64,000 nt of DNA, from assembly GCA_963662655.2 (NCBI GenBank), contig CAXXTU010000002.1:3040001-3104000 (forward strand). The letters are read 5' to 3'. Shown here one piece after another: positions 36,866 to 46,208 of this stretch. The position numbers were made by a program, and so were the translations under genes. Under the pieces are notes generated by a model. That model made no database searches. It was not told where the DNA came from and saw only the letters and a list, made by a program, of their open reading frames with translations. Positions within the stretch are counted from its first letter, which is position 1; every line of letters begins with the position of its first letter. The DNA comes from Candidatus Cloacimonadales bacterium. Lineage in GTDB: Bacteria > Cloacimonadota > Cloacimonadia > Cloacimonadales > JAIOQZ01.

Positions 36866-38574
36866 GATTCGTTCCTGTAAAATGTGTCCAGCAGCAGGAG
36901 GATGGCCTCGTGGTACTTCAGCCGCCCCTTTTGCTCTTTGATTGCTTCGGTGAGGGCAGGCAACGAACGGGTCTGTTCGGGTGGAAGGGACTGGATAAAA
37001 CGCTTCAGTTCGGGATCGTTCGCCTTGTGAAGGAAGTCGTCCATGCTGCCTCTTTCGCTGGAAAGTTTGTCGCTGAGACGCGGTATTTCTCGCATGAGGT
37101 CCATCACGATGCTACGCATCCGGTGCGTGTAGGTGTGGCGCTCGAGGACCTTTCTTCGGCCGATCTCGGCTATCCGTTTACGCTCGTCGGGATGGGCGAG
37201 ATAGTAATCGATCTTGCTGCGCAAATCCGCTAAGGAATCGAAGGTGACGATCTCTTCGCCCTCGGTGAACACCTCGGGCAGAAGCAGGCGCCGGTCCACC
37301 AGTTGGAATCCTCCGCAGGCCATGATCTCGAAAGTGCGCGGATTGATGAAATCGCCGTCGATCTCAAAGAGGTCGCGATTCATGGAGGAATGAAGGTTTA
37401 TGTTGATTTTGGTAGCGTTGTAGATTTTAACGGAGTCCTCGATAGAGATACGTTCGCCGTTTCGCTGGACAAATCCTTCCAGAGCGGGGTGATCCCAGTC
37501 GGTGCCCCATATCTTCAGATCGTAGTCCAGGAGTTGCGCGAACATCTCCCGCCGGTTGGGGTAACCGGCCCCCATGAAGGATACATCCGAGCCAAACTCG
37601 TCTCGTTCGGCCTTCGAAAGCTGCAACGGACGGTGAATTTCTTCATCCGCTGCCATGGGCAGGTATTTCGGCGACTGGGCTCCCAGTTGGGTAAGCTGTG
37701 GCAGGAAGCCTTCCTTTTGAATGCCGTAGAAGCGTTCGAAATGCGGGGCGTATTCGCGCCAATAGGAGAAACGACGGTAGTCTTCCACAAACCAGAATAC
37801 GCTGATGGCACGGTTCTCGTGTCGCATTCGTTGCAGAAGGGGGATCGTCACGGGCGATTGTGCTGGGAAGAAGGCAATATGCGGCTGGAATCTCCTGAGC
37901 TCGTGCAGGTAGATATCGGATAGCATGCCGGTGAGTTGGGCGGCCATCTGTCCCGAAAAGTCGCGATCGTCCAGCGCGATAAACTTCTGCAGGAGCGGAT
38001 TGGCGACGGTGTTATCAACCGTTTTGACCTCGCAGCCGAGTCGTTTGAAAGCGTTAGCGATATATTCTGCCGTTGTGAGCGAGCCGCCGTAGACGGGGAA
38101 GTCGATCAGAACCCGGATCTGACGAAAATCCAGGATTTCATGTCGCGAAGAGGCTTCCGCCTTTTTCTCTCGCATCGTTCGCAGGAGGTTCTCCACATGA
38201 TGGGGATACTTCCGCCGCATGGAGGGGAGGTCGTAGAGCGGCAGTTCACCGAGCCCCCTGAAGTCCTCGATATGTGAAGAAATGGTAACGTGCTCCGGGA
38301 AGTCGAGTCGACGATTTTGCTTAAACGCCTGGATCATTTCCTGGTTCGGTTCGAATATGTGGATGCGCCTGTAACGATCCACCAATGGCTGGATATGATA
38401 AGCGAAACCGAGACCGAATACCACGATCTCCCGGCAATCCGGGTGGTTTTGCAGAAAACGTTCCGCGAGTTTATCCCCTTCCTCTGCGGGAGCGTACTGG
38501 CTGTGCAGGGAAAGCCCGTCCAGAACCGGAATCGGGTTGCCGTCTTTCGCTGTGATGATTTCGATTGGGAGCAT
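36862..38574 (-). CDS. CgeB/YkvP-like glycosyltransferase with Maf-like N-terminal domain
   Basis: LHSQYAPAEE and FGLGFAYH at the N-terminus; SFMGAGYPNR, KININLH, INPRTFEIMACG, HTYTHR. Confidence 0.82.
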   Translation of the reverse strand: MLPIEIITAKDGNPIPVLDGLSLHSQYAPAEEGDKLAERFLQNHPDCREIVVFGLGFAYHIQPLVDRYRRIHIFEPNQEMIQAFKQNRRLDFPEHVTISSHIEDFRGLGELPLYDLPSMRRKYPHHVENLLRTMREKKAEASSRHEILDFRQIRVLIDFPVYGGSLTTAEYIANAFKRLGCEVKTVDNTVANPLLQKFIALDDRDFSGQMAAQLTGMLSDIYLHELRRFQPHIAFFPAQSPVTIPLLQRMRHENRAISVFWFVEDYRRFSYWREYAPHFERFYGIQKEGFLPQLTQLGAQSPKYLPMAADEEIHRPLQLSKAERDEFGSDVSFMGAGYPNRREMFAQLLDYDLKIWGTDWDHPALEGFVQRNGERISIEDSVKIYNATKININLHSSMNRDLFEIDGDFINPRTFEIMACGGFQLVDRRLLLPEVFTEGEEIVTFDSLADLRSKIDYYLAHPDERKRIAEIGRRKVLERHTYTHRMRSIVMDLMREIPRLSDKLSSERGSMDDFLHKANDPELKRFIQSLPPEQTRSLPALTEAIKEQKGRLKYHEAILLLLDTFYRNES

Positions 38575-38605
38575 AAAACCTCCTGTGAATTGGAAGCGAG
38601 AATTT

Positions 38606-39700
38606 CTACTCTGTTAAAGAGAATGATATTTTAAGCTTGTTCCCAATATTCTGTTTAAGATACTTGTCATGTTGCAATCTACCGACGACGATCCCTGGAG
38701 AAATCCCAATGCTTTCAGCAAAGCGTTCAATTGGAGCAAGAGATTTTCCGTCCCATTTTTGGATGAAACGCTGAAATTCTTTTGGAGGAATAAGAAAGTC
38801 TGCGGCAAAAGAATTGGCCTCTTCCTCTTTTTCACTCGTGTAGCTATCGGAGTCTATGAATGCATTGGACTTTCCATGCTTCAATATGTGGCATGCTTCA
38901 TGAAAGAATGTGAACCAGAAGTGATCGTTCGTTTTATACCTAAGACTCAGCTGCATCACCGCCTTTTTTTTCCCACGAATCCACCGAGTCGCTCCCCACA
39001 CATGGGTTTTCTTCAACTCTTGGACAAACACGACTGCAATCCCTGTGTCCGAAAACATTGAAACCAGTCTGCTTTGGATAACATTGAAGTCAGCGCATGT
39101 CGTTAAATTTTTTGCATCCTGAAGCTTTTGCTTGAATAATTGCTTATCATAAGGCCTGCAATTGATCTTCTGCGCAAGGATTTCCCCTCTTCTCAGCCAC
39201 GCTGATACCGCTAAATAATTCTTGGTAAAGCGATCTGAATCATGGAAATTTGCTGCCTGACATTCATTCCAGACTTCTTCTTGGGCCTCGGGAGAATCAA
39301 CCTGATAGAAGTTTAAAACGATCCCTAATTGCTTCGTTGGATTGTCACCTTTTTCAATCCATCCATTTTTGATCATTTCACGTACGGGAACTTCCTTCAG
39401 CCATTTCGTATTTTTTTCAAATCGCTCTTTCTCTTCCTGGCGTTTACAATGCTCCTGATACATTTGCTCAAGATTATTCCAAAACATTGCAGGTTTTCCA
39501 AACACACGCTCAAGCTTCAGGGCCGTTTCTTGGGTTAATGGAGCCTTAGCCTGGATTATTTCATTTATTGTTTTAGGAGTTAATCCCGTGCGCACAGCCA
39601 ATTCTTTCTGCGTCATTTCGTATGCATCAATGTATTCTTCCAATATTTCACCAGGGGGAACAGAATAATCTGGAGAGAAGATATTCTTTGCATTACTCAT
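38606..39700 (-). CDS. higA: HigA-family antitoxin fused to an ImmA/IrrE-like metallopeptidase domain
   Basis: PPGEILEEY...MTQKELA.RTG...INEII HTH; FWFTFFHEACH (HExxH); EEEANSFA. Confidence 0.88.
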   Translation of the reverse strand: MSNAKNIFSPDYSVPPGEILEEYIDAYEMTQKELAVRTGLTPKTINEIIQAKAPLTQETALKLERVFGKPAMFWNNLEQMYQEHCKRQEEKERFEKNTKWLKEVPVREMIKNGWIEKGDNPTKQLGIVLNFYQVDSPEAQEEVWNECQAANFHDSDRFTKNYLAVSAWLRRGEILAQKINCRPYDKQLFKQKLQDAKNLTTCADFNVIQSRLVSMFSDTGIAVVFVQELKKTHVWGATRWIRGKKKAVMQLSLRYKTNDHFWFTFFHEACHILKHGKSNAFIDSDSYTSEKEEEANSFAADFLIPPKEFQRFIQKWDGKSLAPIERFAESIGISPGIVVGRLQHDKYLKQNIGNKLKISFSLTE

Positions 39701-40034
39701 GATAATTCTCCACTTTTAAAATCTTTATCGAATCGACTCTTGCCCAGTCCAAACCTCCATCCGGTAAGGCTGGAGGTTGTTCAAAGTCAGGCATGAATAG
39801 TAATCGATAGGGATGTTTCAAATCAATCGCAAGTATCCCCTTACGATTTCCTGTTAGTTCGTGACACCTCTCGGGTTTTTGTTTCGGGGTGAAATAACTC
39901 AAATTCTCCGCAGCTTCAAGTGCCGTCATTCTCTTCATAATAATCTTTGCCTGTTCATCTCCGAATTCCCTTCGAAGTTCTTTCTGAGACACAAAGATTT
40001 TTTTCATTTTTTCCGTAGAAAACGTAATTTGCAT
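39693..40034 (-). CDS. higB: HigB/RelE-family toxin (plasmid maintenance killer type)
   Basis: PERCHELTGNRKG..AIDLKHPYRLLF...NYH; toxin-first order overlapping higA. Confidence 0.85.
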   Translation of the reverse strand: MQITFSTEKMKKIFVSQKELRREFGDEQAKIIMKRMTALEAAENLSYFTPKQKPERCHELTGNRKGILAIDLKHPYRLLFMPDFEQPPALPDGGLDWARVDSIKILKVENYHE

Positions 40035-40056
40035 TCATTCCCCTGTCAAGATATTT

Positions 40057-40075
40057 ATTAACCCGATGGGTTAAT
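40057..40075. promoter_or_regulatory. Palindromic operator upstream of higBA
   Basis: ATTAACCC-GAT-GGGTTAAT, 22 bp upstream of higB; resembles TTAAC...GTTAA HigA/GraA operators. Confidence 0.65.
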
Positions 40076-40179
40076 TTTTTATCAAGGAAACTCAAAAACA
40101 TCTTGAACAATCGAAGCGCGACAAGCTACAATTGTCAATATTAAACCAAGTAGAAAAAAACTGCACAACCCCAAATTGA

Positions 40180-41238
40180 TCACTCGTCGAAATACGCACA
40201 GAGCTCCTTTTCACGCTTCGCTTCCGAGAATATCTCCATGATACGGCTTCTTGCCATCCTTCCTTGCTCCTCAGAGGAATTCAGCGCGTCCTTGATTGCC
40301 TGCGCGGCAGCCTCGGGATCAGGCTTGGCGAGAACGATTCCCGTATCTCCGATCGCTTTGGGAATGCCGTTGACATTCGAGCCGACGGGGACGCACTCGC
40401 AGAGCATGGCTTCGCACAGGGTGTTGGGTAAGCCTTCGCTCAGGGAGAGCTGGCAAAATACTTTCGCTCGTGAGTAGTAATCCGGTAGCTCCCGGTTGGG
40501 TACGAAGGAATGAATCTCGAGGTTGTTGGCGGTATTCCGCTTCCGCGCGTAATCAATCATCTCCTTTTGCAAACCGATGATGACGAAGCGGGTTTCGGGA
40601 AGAAGGTTGGCTGCTTCGATGAGAAGGTCAAAACCCTTGCGGCGGAATGGACGCATTTTAGAGGCGATGCCGACGGTCAGAACCATCGGTTCGCGCCCGA
40701 TATCCGGGTTGCGCTTCCATATCTCAGGATCGTAGCCGGTTGGGATGGCCTTCATGAGCGCTTTGGACTTCGGAACGAAGTATCGTACGCCTGTGGGCTG
40801 GTTCTCTTCGGCGTAGGTGTTCACCCCTTCGACCAAAGACTCATCCACTGGAAAAATCGCGTTCGCGAGCCTGTAGGACCATGTAGCGAAGAGGCGACGG
40901 AATCTGTTGGCGGAGGGATGAAAGATGCCGAAGCGGATGGACGGTATGGAGACGGCGTCGTAACCCCCGACGATGATTGCGCAGCGAATGCCTTTCAATC
41001 TGGCGAACAGAGCTGGTAGTAGGGTATGGTAATCGCAGAACCAGACGAGGATGCCGCTTGCGCCGTGCAGATTACGAAGAAGCCAGAGCTTCAATTTGAC
41101 CTGGTAAAGCAGGATGTGCAGGATCGAGGATGAAACCGGGAAGTGGAATACTTTTACGTCAGCATTCCGGCTCAGGATATCGATATCCTTTCGAACAAAC
41201 GTGCTCAACGTGTTATGCACAAGCAAAATCTTCTTCAT
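40180..41238 (-). CDS. Glycosyltransferase family 4
   Basis: RKGFDLL; EGLPNTLCEAM (ExxxxxxxE); GIPKAIGD. Confidence 0.9.
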   Translation of the reverse strand: MKKILLVHNTLSTFVRKDIDILSRNADVKVFHFPVSSSILHILLYQVKLKLWLLRNLHGASGILVWFCDYHTLLPALFARLKGIRCAIIVGGYDAVSIPSIRFGIFHPSANRFRRLFATWSYRLANAIFPVDESLVEGVNTYAEENQPTGVRYFVPKSKALMKAIPTGYDPEIWKRNPDIGREPMVLTVGIASKMRPFRRKGFDLLIEAANLLPETRFVIIGLQKEMIDYARKRNTANNLEIHSFVPNRELPDYYSRAKVFCQLSLSEGLPNTLCEAMLCECVPVGSNVNGIPKAIGDTGIVLAKPDPEAAAQAIKDALNSSEEQGRMARSRIMEIFSEAKREKELCAYFDE

Positions 41239-41428
41239 TCCGTCCTCTTTATGCGGTTCGATATATATTAACGTTTCGAGATCAGATGTATGTCCGTGTC
41301 TTTCGGCGTCAAGGAAATCGAAGAATTACCTGATGTAATGAGGCGGAATTGATAAGGTTAATATACAAATGATATAATTGGTGTGTTGGAAGAAGAGGTA
41401 GAGATTGTGTTATTTTGTGTCATCGACC

Positions 41429-41554
41429 GGCGTGGTATCTTCGCCCGATCTGCCGTGCAGACGGGGATATAACACGTCCCTGGGGCTATCGAGCGCAAAA
41501 ATGGGACGTGTAACACCCCGTCTGCACGGCAGATCGAACGAATCTACTCCCGCC
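41429..41554 (-). repeat. Dispersed long-hairpin repeat, copy 1
   Basis: Reverse complement GGCGGGAGTAGATTCGTTCGATC...GATCGGGCGAAGATACCACGCC matches copies at 55883 and 60640. Confidence 0.85.
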
Positions 41555-41572
41555 TCTACGGGAAGTTCCGAG

Positions 41573-41588
41573 TGGCATAAGAGTTGCA
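41573..41588 (+). promoter_or_regulatory. Sigma54 -24/-12 promoter of the M1 peptidase gene
   Basis: TGGCAT-AAGAG-TTGCA, near consensus, about 40 nt before ATG 41628. Confidence 0.7.
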
Positions 41589-41627
41589 ACTATTATTTTG
41601 AAAAGAAATAACATATTGGAGGCTGAT

Positions 41628-44573
41628 ATGAGAAGGATTCATGTTTTGCTTTTTGTTTTGATGTGTGCAACAATGATGTTGCAGGCGGTGGCCCCGGTCG
41701 ATTTCGGCAGGCTGGTGGAGAATTCCCGCAATTTATGCAGGGAGAAGCAGCAGTATGCCGGGCGCTGGATGGAGTATGTGTCTCGCGATACACGGGATAT
41801 GGATAACTACGATGTCCAGTACTACAGGATCAATATGACGCTCGATTTCGAAACGGGATCGATCATAGCCGACAACATCATCGAAGTGATGATTACGGAA
41901 GACAATACACAGTCGATCGAGCTGGAATTCGACGACAGTTTACAGATCACGGATTTGCAGGTGGACGAAGCGACGGCGAGTTTTACGCACGAGGATCGCG
42001 AACTGGTTGTCACGCTTTCCCAAACATACAATGAGGGTGATGTCGTATCGATCAACGTGAAATATCAAGGCAGTCCGGTGATCGACGGCTATCACGGCGG
42101 CGGTTTGTATTTCGCAACGCATGGTGGCGAACCAATAGCGTTCACTTTCGTACAACCCTGTGGTGCGCCGCAATGGTTTCCCTGCAAGGATGTCCCGAAC
42201 GACAAGGCGAATACCGTCGATATCTGGATGACGGTACCGGACGATTATGAACTCGCGGCCAATGGGTTAATTACGGAAGAGGTCGATAACGGCGACGGAA
42301 CCAAGACGGTGAAGTATCACGAATCGTATCCCATCGCGACGTATCTGATTTCGATTGCGTGTACGAATTACGATATCCAGAGCTATACATACGTAACCGG
42401 CGAAACGGAGATGCCGGTGCACAACTTCGTATTTCCCGAGGAACACGATATCCAGGTCGAAACATTCCAGGATATTCTGGAGATGATCGATTTTCTCTCG
42501 GGGATTTACGGACCGTATCCCTTCTTGGAGGAGAAGTACGGGCACGCGTTCGTTCCGGTATTCGGAGGAGCGATGGAGCATCAGACCTGCACAACGTTCG
42601 GGGGTGCGCTTCAGGGAGCCCCATACTATTCAACGGTTTTACATGAATTGACGCATCAATGGACGGGCGACTTGATAACCTGCGATACGTGGGCGTACAT
42701 CTGGCTGAACGAGGGATTTGCCGAATACTCCGAGACGCTCTACACCGAGCACCTCAATGGCTTCGACTGGTATCTCTATCACATGTCGCAGCTCGATACG
42801 GGCGACCTCGACAGCAAGCTGGAGCGAGATATCCTCGATAGTCAGAATGAAGTTCTGGATTGGGTCGTATACGCCAAGGGGGCGTGGGTGCTTCACATGC
42901 TCAGATTCATGCTGGGGGATGAAGTGTTCTTCGATGGGGTGGCCAGCTACACGAGTGATCCCGCTCTGCGTTACGGCACCGCTACGAATGAGGATTTGGA
43001 AGCGCACATGGAGGCGGCAGCCGGCATCGAACTGGACTGGTACTTCGACCAGTGGTATTATCAGTACGGAAGACCAGAATACCGTTATTGCTATTACACT
43101 TCGGTCGTCGAAGATTCGATCAAAATCACGCTGTCGTCGGAGAATACGCAGGACGAGCCATTCGACTTGTATGTGCCTTATAACGTGAACACAACAACAG
43201 GAAGAGTTTGGGCTCCCGGCGGAATCAGTCACTACACCCTCGAGCTCGAAGGGGAATTGGACAGCCTGGTTTGGGATCCGGGTAACCGCATTCTCGATTA
43301 CGGTTTTCACAACATGATACCAGAGCTGGAGGCTCCTGTCAGGCTGCGAGACGCTTCTGTGATGATCGGCCTTCCTGAGTTCTTCGATCCGGACTTTGCC
43401 GGGTATTATGTGTACCGGAGCGAGAATGGATCCGATTGGGACATGGTAACCCCGGAGCCTGTTGAACCGGGGATGTATAACGATGGAAGCGCGGAACCGG
43501 AAAGAACCTATTACTATTGTGTTGCTGCTGTAAGCGGGGAGGATCACACATTCGTCGGACCGAGTTCCAATACGGTTACGATGGAATCTGTCGAATTTAC
43601 ATTCGATCAGGGAATTCTGGCGATCGATATGACGGCCAATTTCCCCGAGAGTTCGCCCATGCCAACCGACGAGGAGACGGACGCGTTTTATCAGGATATT
43701 TTGTCCGAGTACCAAGTCACATGGTGGGACGTAATCGAGGACGGGGATGTGCCTCTTTCCGAGATGGCGAAATACTCATCGATCGTCTTATACTGCGACG
43801 ACATCAATACGATACCGTTCCACGAAGAACTGTATTGCCCGATGGCGTACATGAATGCGGGTGGTAACTTGCTTATATCCTCCTGGAGGCACCTCGAAGA
43901 TTTCAATTACAATCCGTACCGCACCATGCTGCATTTCGATGAATGCCGGTTCAACAACAGTCCTGATTTTGCTGGAACTCTGGCCTATGGCGGTTATCCC
44001 GTTCTCGACGTCGATTCGGAAAAGGTCGAGCTTGCCACGTGGAACGGACTGCTTCCCTACGTGAATTCCATCACGCCTTCCGGGGGTGCCGAAGTTCTCT
44101 ACCGGTACGACTCCGCAAGCGATGATGAAAACTGGGAGAATCAAACATGTGCGATCCGTTTCGCCGGCGATTACAAGCTTTATCTATTGGGATTTCCGCT
44201 GTTCTTCATCCAGAACGAGCAGGCGGAGCAGTTCATGGTTATGGTAATGGACGATTTCGGCGAAGTGCAGGATATTGACGGCGAAGGGATTCCTGCATAT
44301 TCGACATCGCTGAGCAATTACCCCAATCCGTTCAATCCGAGTACGACTGTGCAATTCAGTTTGCAAAGCGGCTGCGAAATCGAGTTGAGCATCTTCAATG
44401 TGCGCGGTCAGAAGATCAAAACGCTTGCGAATGATTATTACGAAAGCGGTTCGCACCAGATACAATGGGACGGAACCGGCTGGGACGGCAAGAAGGTCGG
44501 AAGCGGTGTGTATCTGTACAGACTGGAAACGCCGCACAGCACGATTAGCAAGAAGATGCTTTTGTTGCAATAG
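41628..44573 (+). CDS. Secreted M1-family aminopeptidase with FN3 and C-terminal sorting domain
   Basis: GGAMEH, HELTHQW...WLNEGFA, VYAKGAWVLHMLR; NYPNPFNPSTT...KKMLLLQ; GGAGG RBS. Confidence 0.92.
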   Translation: MRRIHVLLFVLMCATMMLQAVAPVDFGRLVENSRNLCREKQQYAGRWMEYVSRDTRDMDNYDVQYYRINMTLDFETGSIIADNIIEVMITEDNTQSIELEFDDSLQITDLQVDEATASFTHEDRELVVTLSQTYNEGDVVSINVKYQGSPVIDGYHGGGLYFATHGGEPIAFTFVQPCGAPQWFPCKDVPNDKANTVDIWMTVPDDYELAANGLITEEVDNGDGTKTVKYHESYPIATYLISIACTNYDIQSYTYVTGETEMPVHNFVFPEEHDIQVETFQDILEMIDFLSGIYGPYPFLEEKYGHAFVPVFGGAMEHQTCTTFGGALQGAPYYSTVLHELTHQWTGDLITCDTWAYIWLNEGFAEYSETLYTEHLNGFDWYLYHMSQLDTGDLDSKLERDILDSQNEVLDWVVYAKGAWVLHMLRFMLGDEVFFDGVASYTSDPALRYGTATNEDLEAHMEAAAGIELDWYFDQWYYQYGRPEYRYCYYTSVVEDSIKITLSSENTQDEPFDLYVPYNVNTTTGRVWAPGGISHYTLELEGELDSLVWDPGNRILDYGFHNMIPELEAPVRLRDASVMIGLPEFFDPDFAGYYVYRSENGSDWDMVTPEPVEPGMYNDGSAEPERTYYYCVAAVSGEDHTFVGPSSNTVTMESVEFTFDQGILAIDMTANFPESSPMPTDEETDAFYQDILSEYQVTWWDVIEDGDVPLSEMAKYSSIVLYCDDINTIPFHEELYCPMAYMNAGGNLLISSWRHLEDFNYNPYRTMLHFDECRFNNSPDFAGTLAYGGYPVLDVDSEKVELATWNGLLPYVNSITPSGGAEVLYRYDSASDDENWENQTCAIRFAGDYKLYLLGFPLFFIQNEQAEQFMVMVMDDFGEVQDIDGEGIPAYSTSLSNYPNPFNPSTTVQFSLQSGCEIELSIFNVRGQKIKTLANDYYESGSHQIQWDGTGWDGKKVGSGVYLYRLETPHSTISKKMLLLQ

Positions 44574-44596
44574 CTTTGTGCGTTCGTTACGTTATG

Positions 44597-44627
44597 GAAG
44601 CCCCGAAGATCGGGGCTTCTCTTTTTT
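44597..44627 (+). terminator. Intrinsic terminator
   Basis: GAAGCCCCGA-AGA-TCGGGGCTTC followed by TCTTTTTT. Confidence 0.85.
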
Positions 44628-44666
44628 GGGGATGAGCCGACCTGAGGTTGTCTGCCCAGCTTAGCG

Positions 44667-44774
44667 CGGGGGGCGGCGTGTTTGCTGCGCAAACGACTCC
44701 CCTGTTTCGCGTTGGGATTGCCCAACGCGAAACAGGGGAGTCCGGAAGCCTCTGGCTTCCGATGCCGCCCCCCG
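44667..44774 (+). repeat. GC-rich perfect four-way-junction (cloverleaf) element
   Basis: 13-bp closing stem plus 6-, 22- and 8-bp arms with no unpaired junction bases. Confidence 0.75.
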
Positions 44775-44884
44775 AGCGGGACTGTGCTCGGGCTCAATCT
44801 CACGCAACATTTCCATTGACATGAAGATGAGATTGAAAAAATGCTATATGTGTAGCGACGATTTTATACGGGAGGGTCATGTAA

Positions 44885-46159
44885 TTGTATCGAATGAAAT
44901 GGTGTGCTCAAGCCTTGGTTTTTCTGGCCATTGCGGTTAGCGTGGTGGCGCAGGATAGCTGGAATGTGGATTTGGTGTCGCAAACGTATTTCGAGCACGA
45001 TGCACATCTTGAAAACGTGTTGGTAAAAGACAATCTGGCGTTCCTTGTGGACTCAAACACCGGCATTCTCATTTATGATGTATCCCATCCGGCCCAACCA
45101 GTATTTGTGGGCCAATTTTTAACAGTTTCGAGCGCTAGGTGTGTGAGTGTTGTTGGCAATATCATGTATGTCGCGGACGAGGAGTATGGCCTGCATATCG
45201 TGGATGTCGGCAATCCTGCGCACCCGGATTTGGTGGGTGCTTGCGACACGCCCGGCGAGTGCCTCGGCGTGTACGTGCAAGGTGACTACGCCTATATCGC
45301 CGATTCGGGATCAGGTTTACGCATCATCGACGTAAGCGATCCGGTGCTGCCGGTCGAAGTTGGTTCATATTCTCCTGGCGACCACGCGTACGACCTTGTT
45401 GTTTCAGGGAGCTACGCATACATCACGGTCAATGCACTGGGGCTGGTCGTCGTTGAGGTCAGCGATCCCTCGCAGCCTGCGCTTTCGGGATATTTCAATG
45501 GCTGGGGGCCTGTACAGGATGTTCAATTGCATGGAAATAATGCATATATAACAGATACGGCGTACGGCCTCTTCTCGATCGACGTCGGGAATCCGGGTCA
45601 GCCTACCTATCTCGATCACTACGAAAACTCCGGCACGATGCTGGGACTGCATTACTCGGCAGACTATGTGTTTGTCGCAGATTCGGAGTTCGGTTTGTAC
45701 GTGTTCGATGCAACCGATCCATCTTCGCTTGAACTTACCGGATATTACGAAACATCATCGGAAGCCTGTGACGTATATGTCTCAGACAATATCGCTTATG
45801 TCGCCTGTGACGATCATCTGGGAATCTACGACTGCTCGGACGCCATCGGCGTCAATTCGGCGGATGGAGATGCGTCGATCGTAGGCCTGAACTCGATCTG
45901 CAACTACCCCAATCCGTTCAATTCAAGCACGACGATTCAGTACTCCCTTGCCTCATCGGGGAGCGTCAACCTCGGAATATTCAACGTGAAAGGTCAGCGT
46001 GTGAAAACACTTGTCCGTTCGCACCGTGAGGCAGGAGATCATTCCGTTTCCTGGAATGGACTTGACGATATCGGGAAAGCTGCATCCAGTGGGGTGTATT
46101 TCTGTATACTTAAAACAGGCGATGGGATGCAAACAAGGAAAATTCTGCTGATGGAATGA
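44885..46159 (+). CDS. Secreted LVIVD-repeat (beta-propeller-like) protein with C-terminal sorting domain
   Basis: Repeats 'YAYIAD..SGLRIIDVSDP..P..VG'; NYPNPFNSSTT...SSGVYF...RKILLME. Confidence 0.88.
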   Translation: MYRMKWCAQALVFLAIAVSVVAQDSWNVDLVSQTYFEHDAHLENVLVKDNLAFLVDSNTGILIYDVSHPAQPVFVGQFLTVSSARCVSVVGNIMYVADEEYGLHIVDVGNPAHPDLVGACDTPGECLGVYVQGDYAYIADSGSGLRIIDVSDPVLPVEVGSYSPGDHAYDLVVSGSYAYITVNALGLVVVEVSDPSQPALSGYFNGWGPVQDVQLHGNNAYITDTAYGLFSIDVGNPGQPTYLDHYENSGTMLGLHYSADYVFVADSEFGLYVFDATDPSSLELTGYYETSSEACDVYVSDNIAYVACDDHLGIYDCSDAIGVNSADGDASIVGLNSICNYPNPFNSSTTIQYSLASSGSVNLGIFNVKGQRVKTLVRSHREAGDHSVSWNGLDDIGKAASSGVYFCILKTGDGMQTRKILLME

Positions 46160-46208
46160 TTTTTTCATACCTCAATCTGAAAATACGAACTGGATACTGG
46201 AGAAGATA

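Noticed and set aside
44667..44774. Cloverleaf element as a tRNA
   Set aside because: Arm lengths, 3-4-nt loops and absence of TTC/D-loop/CCA features are incompatible with tRNA.
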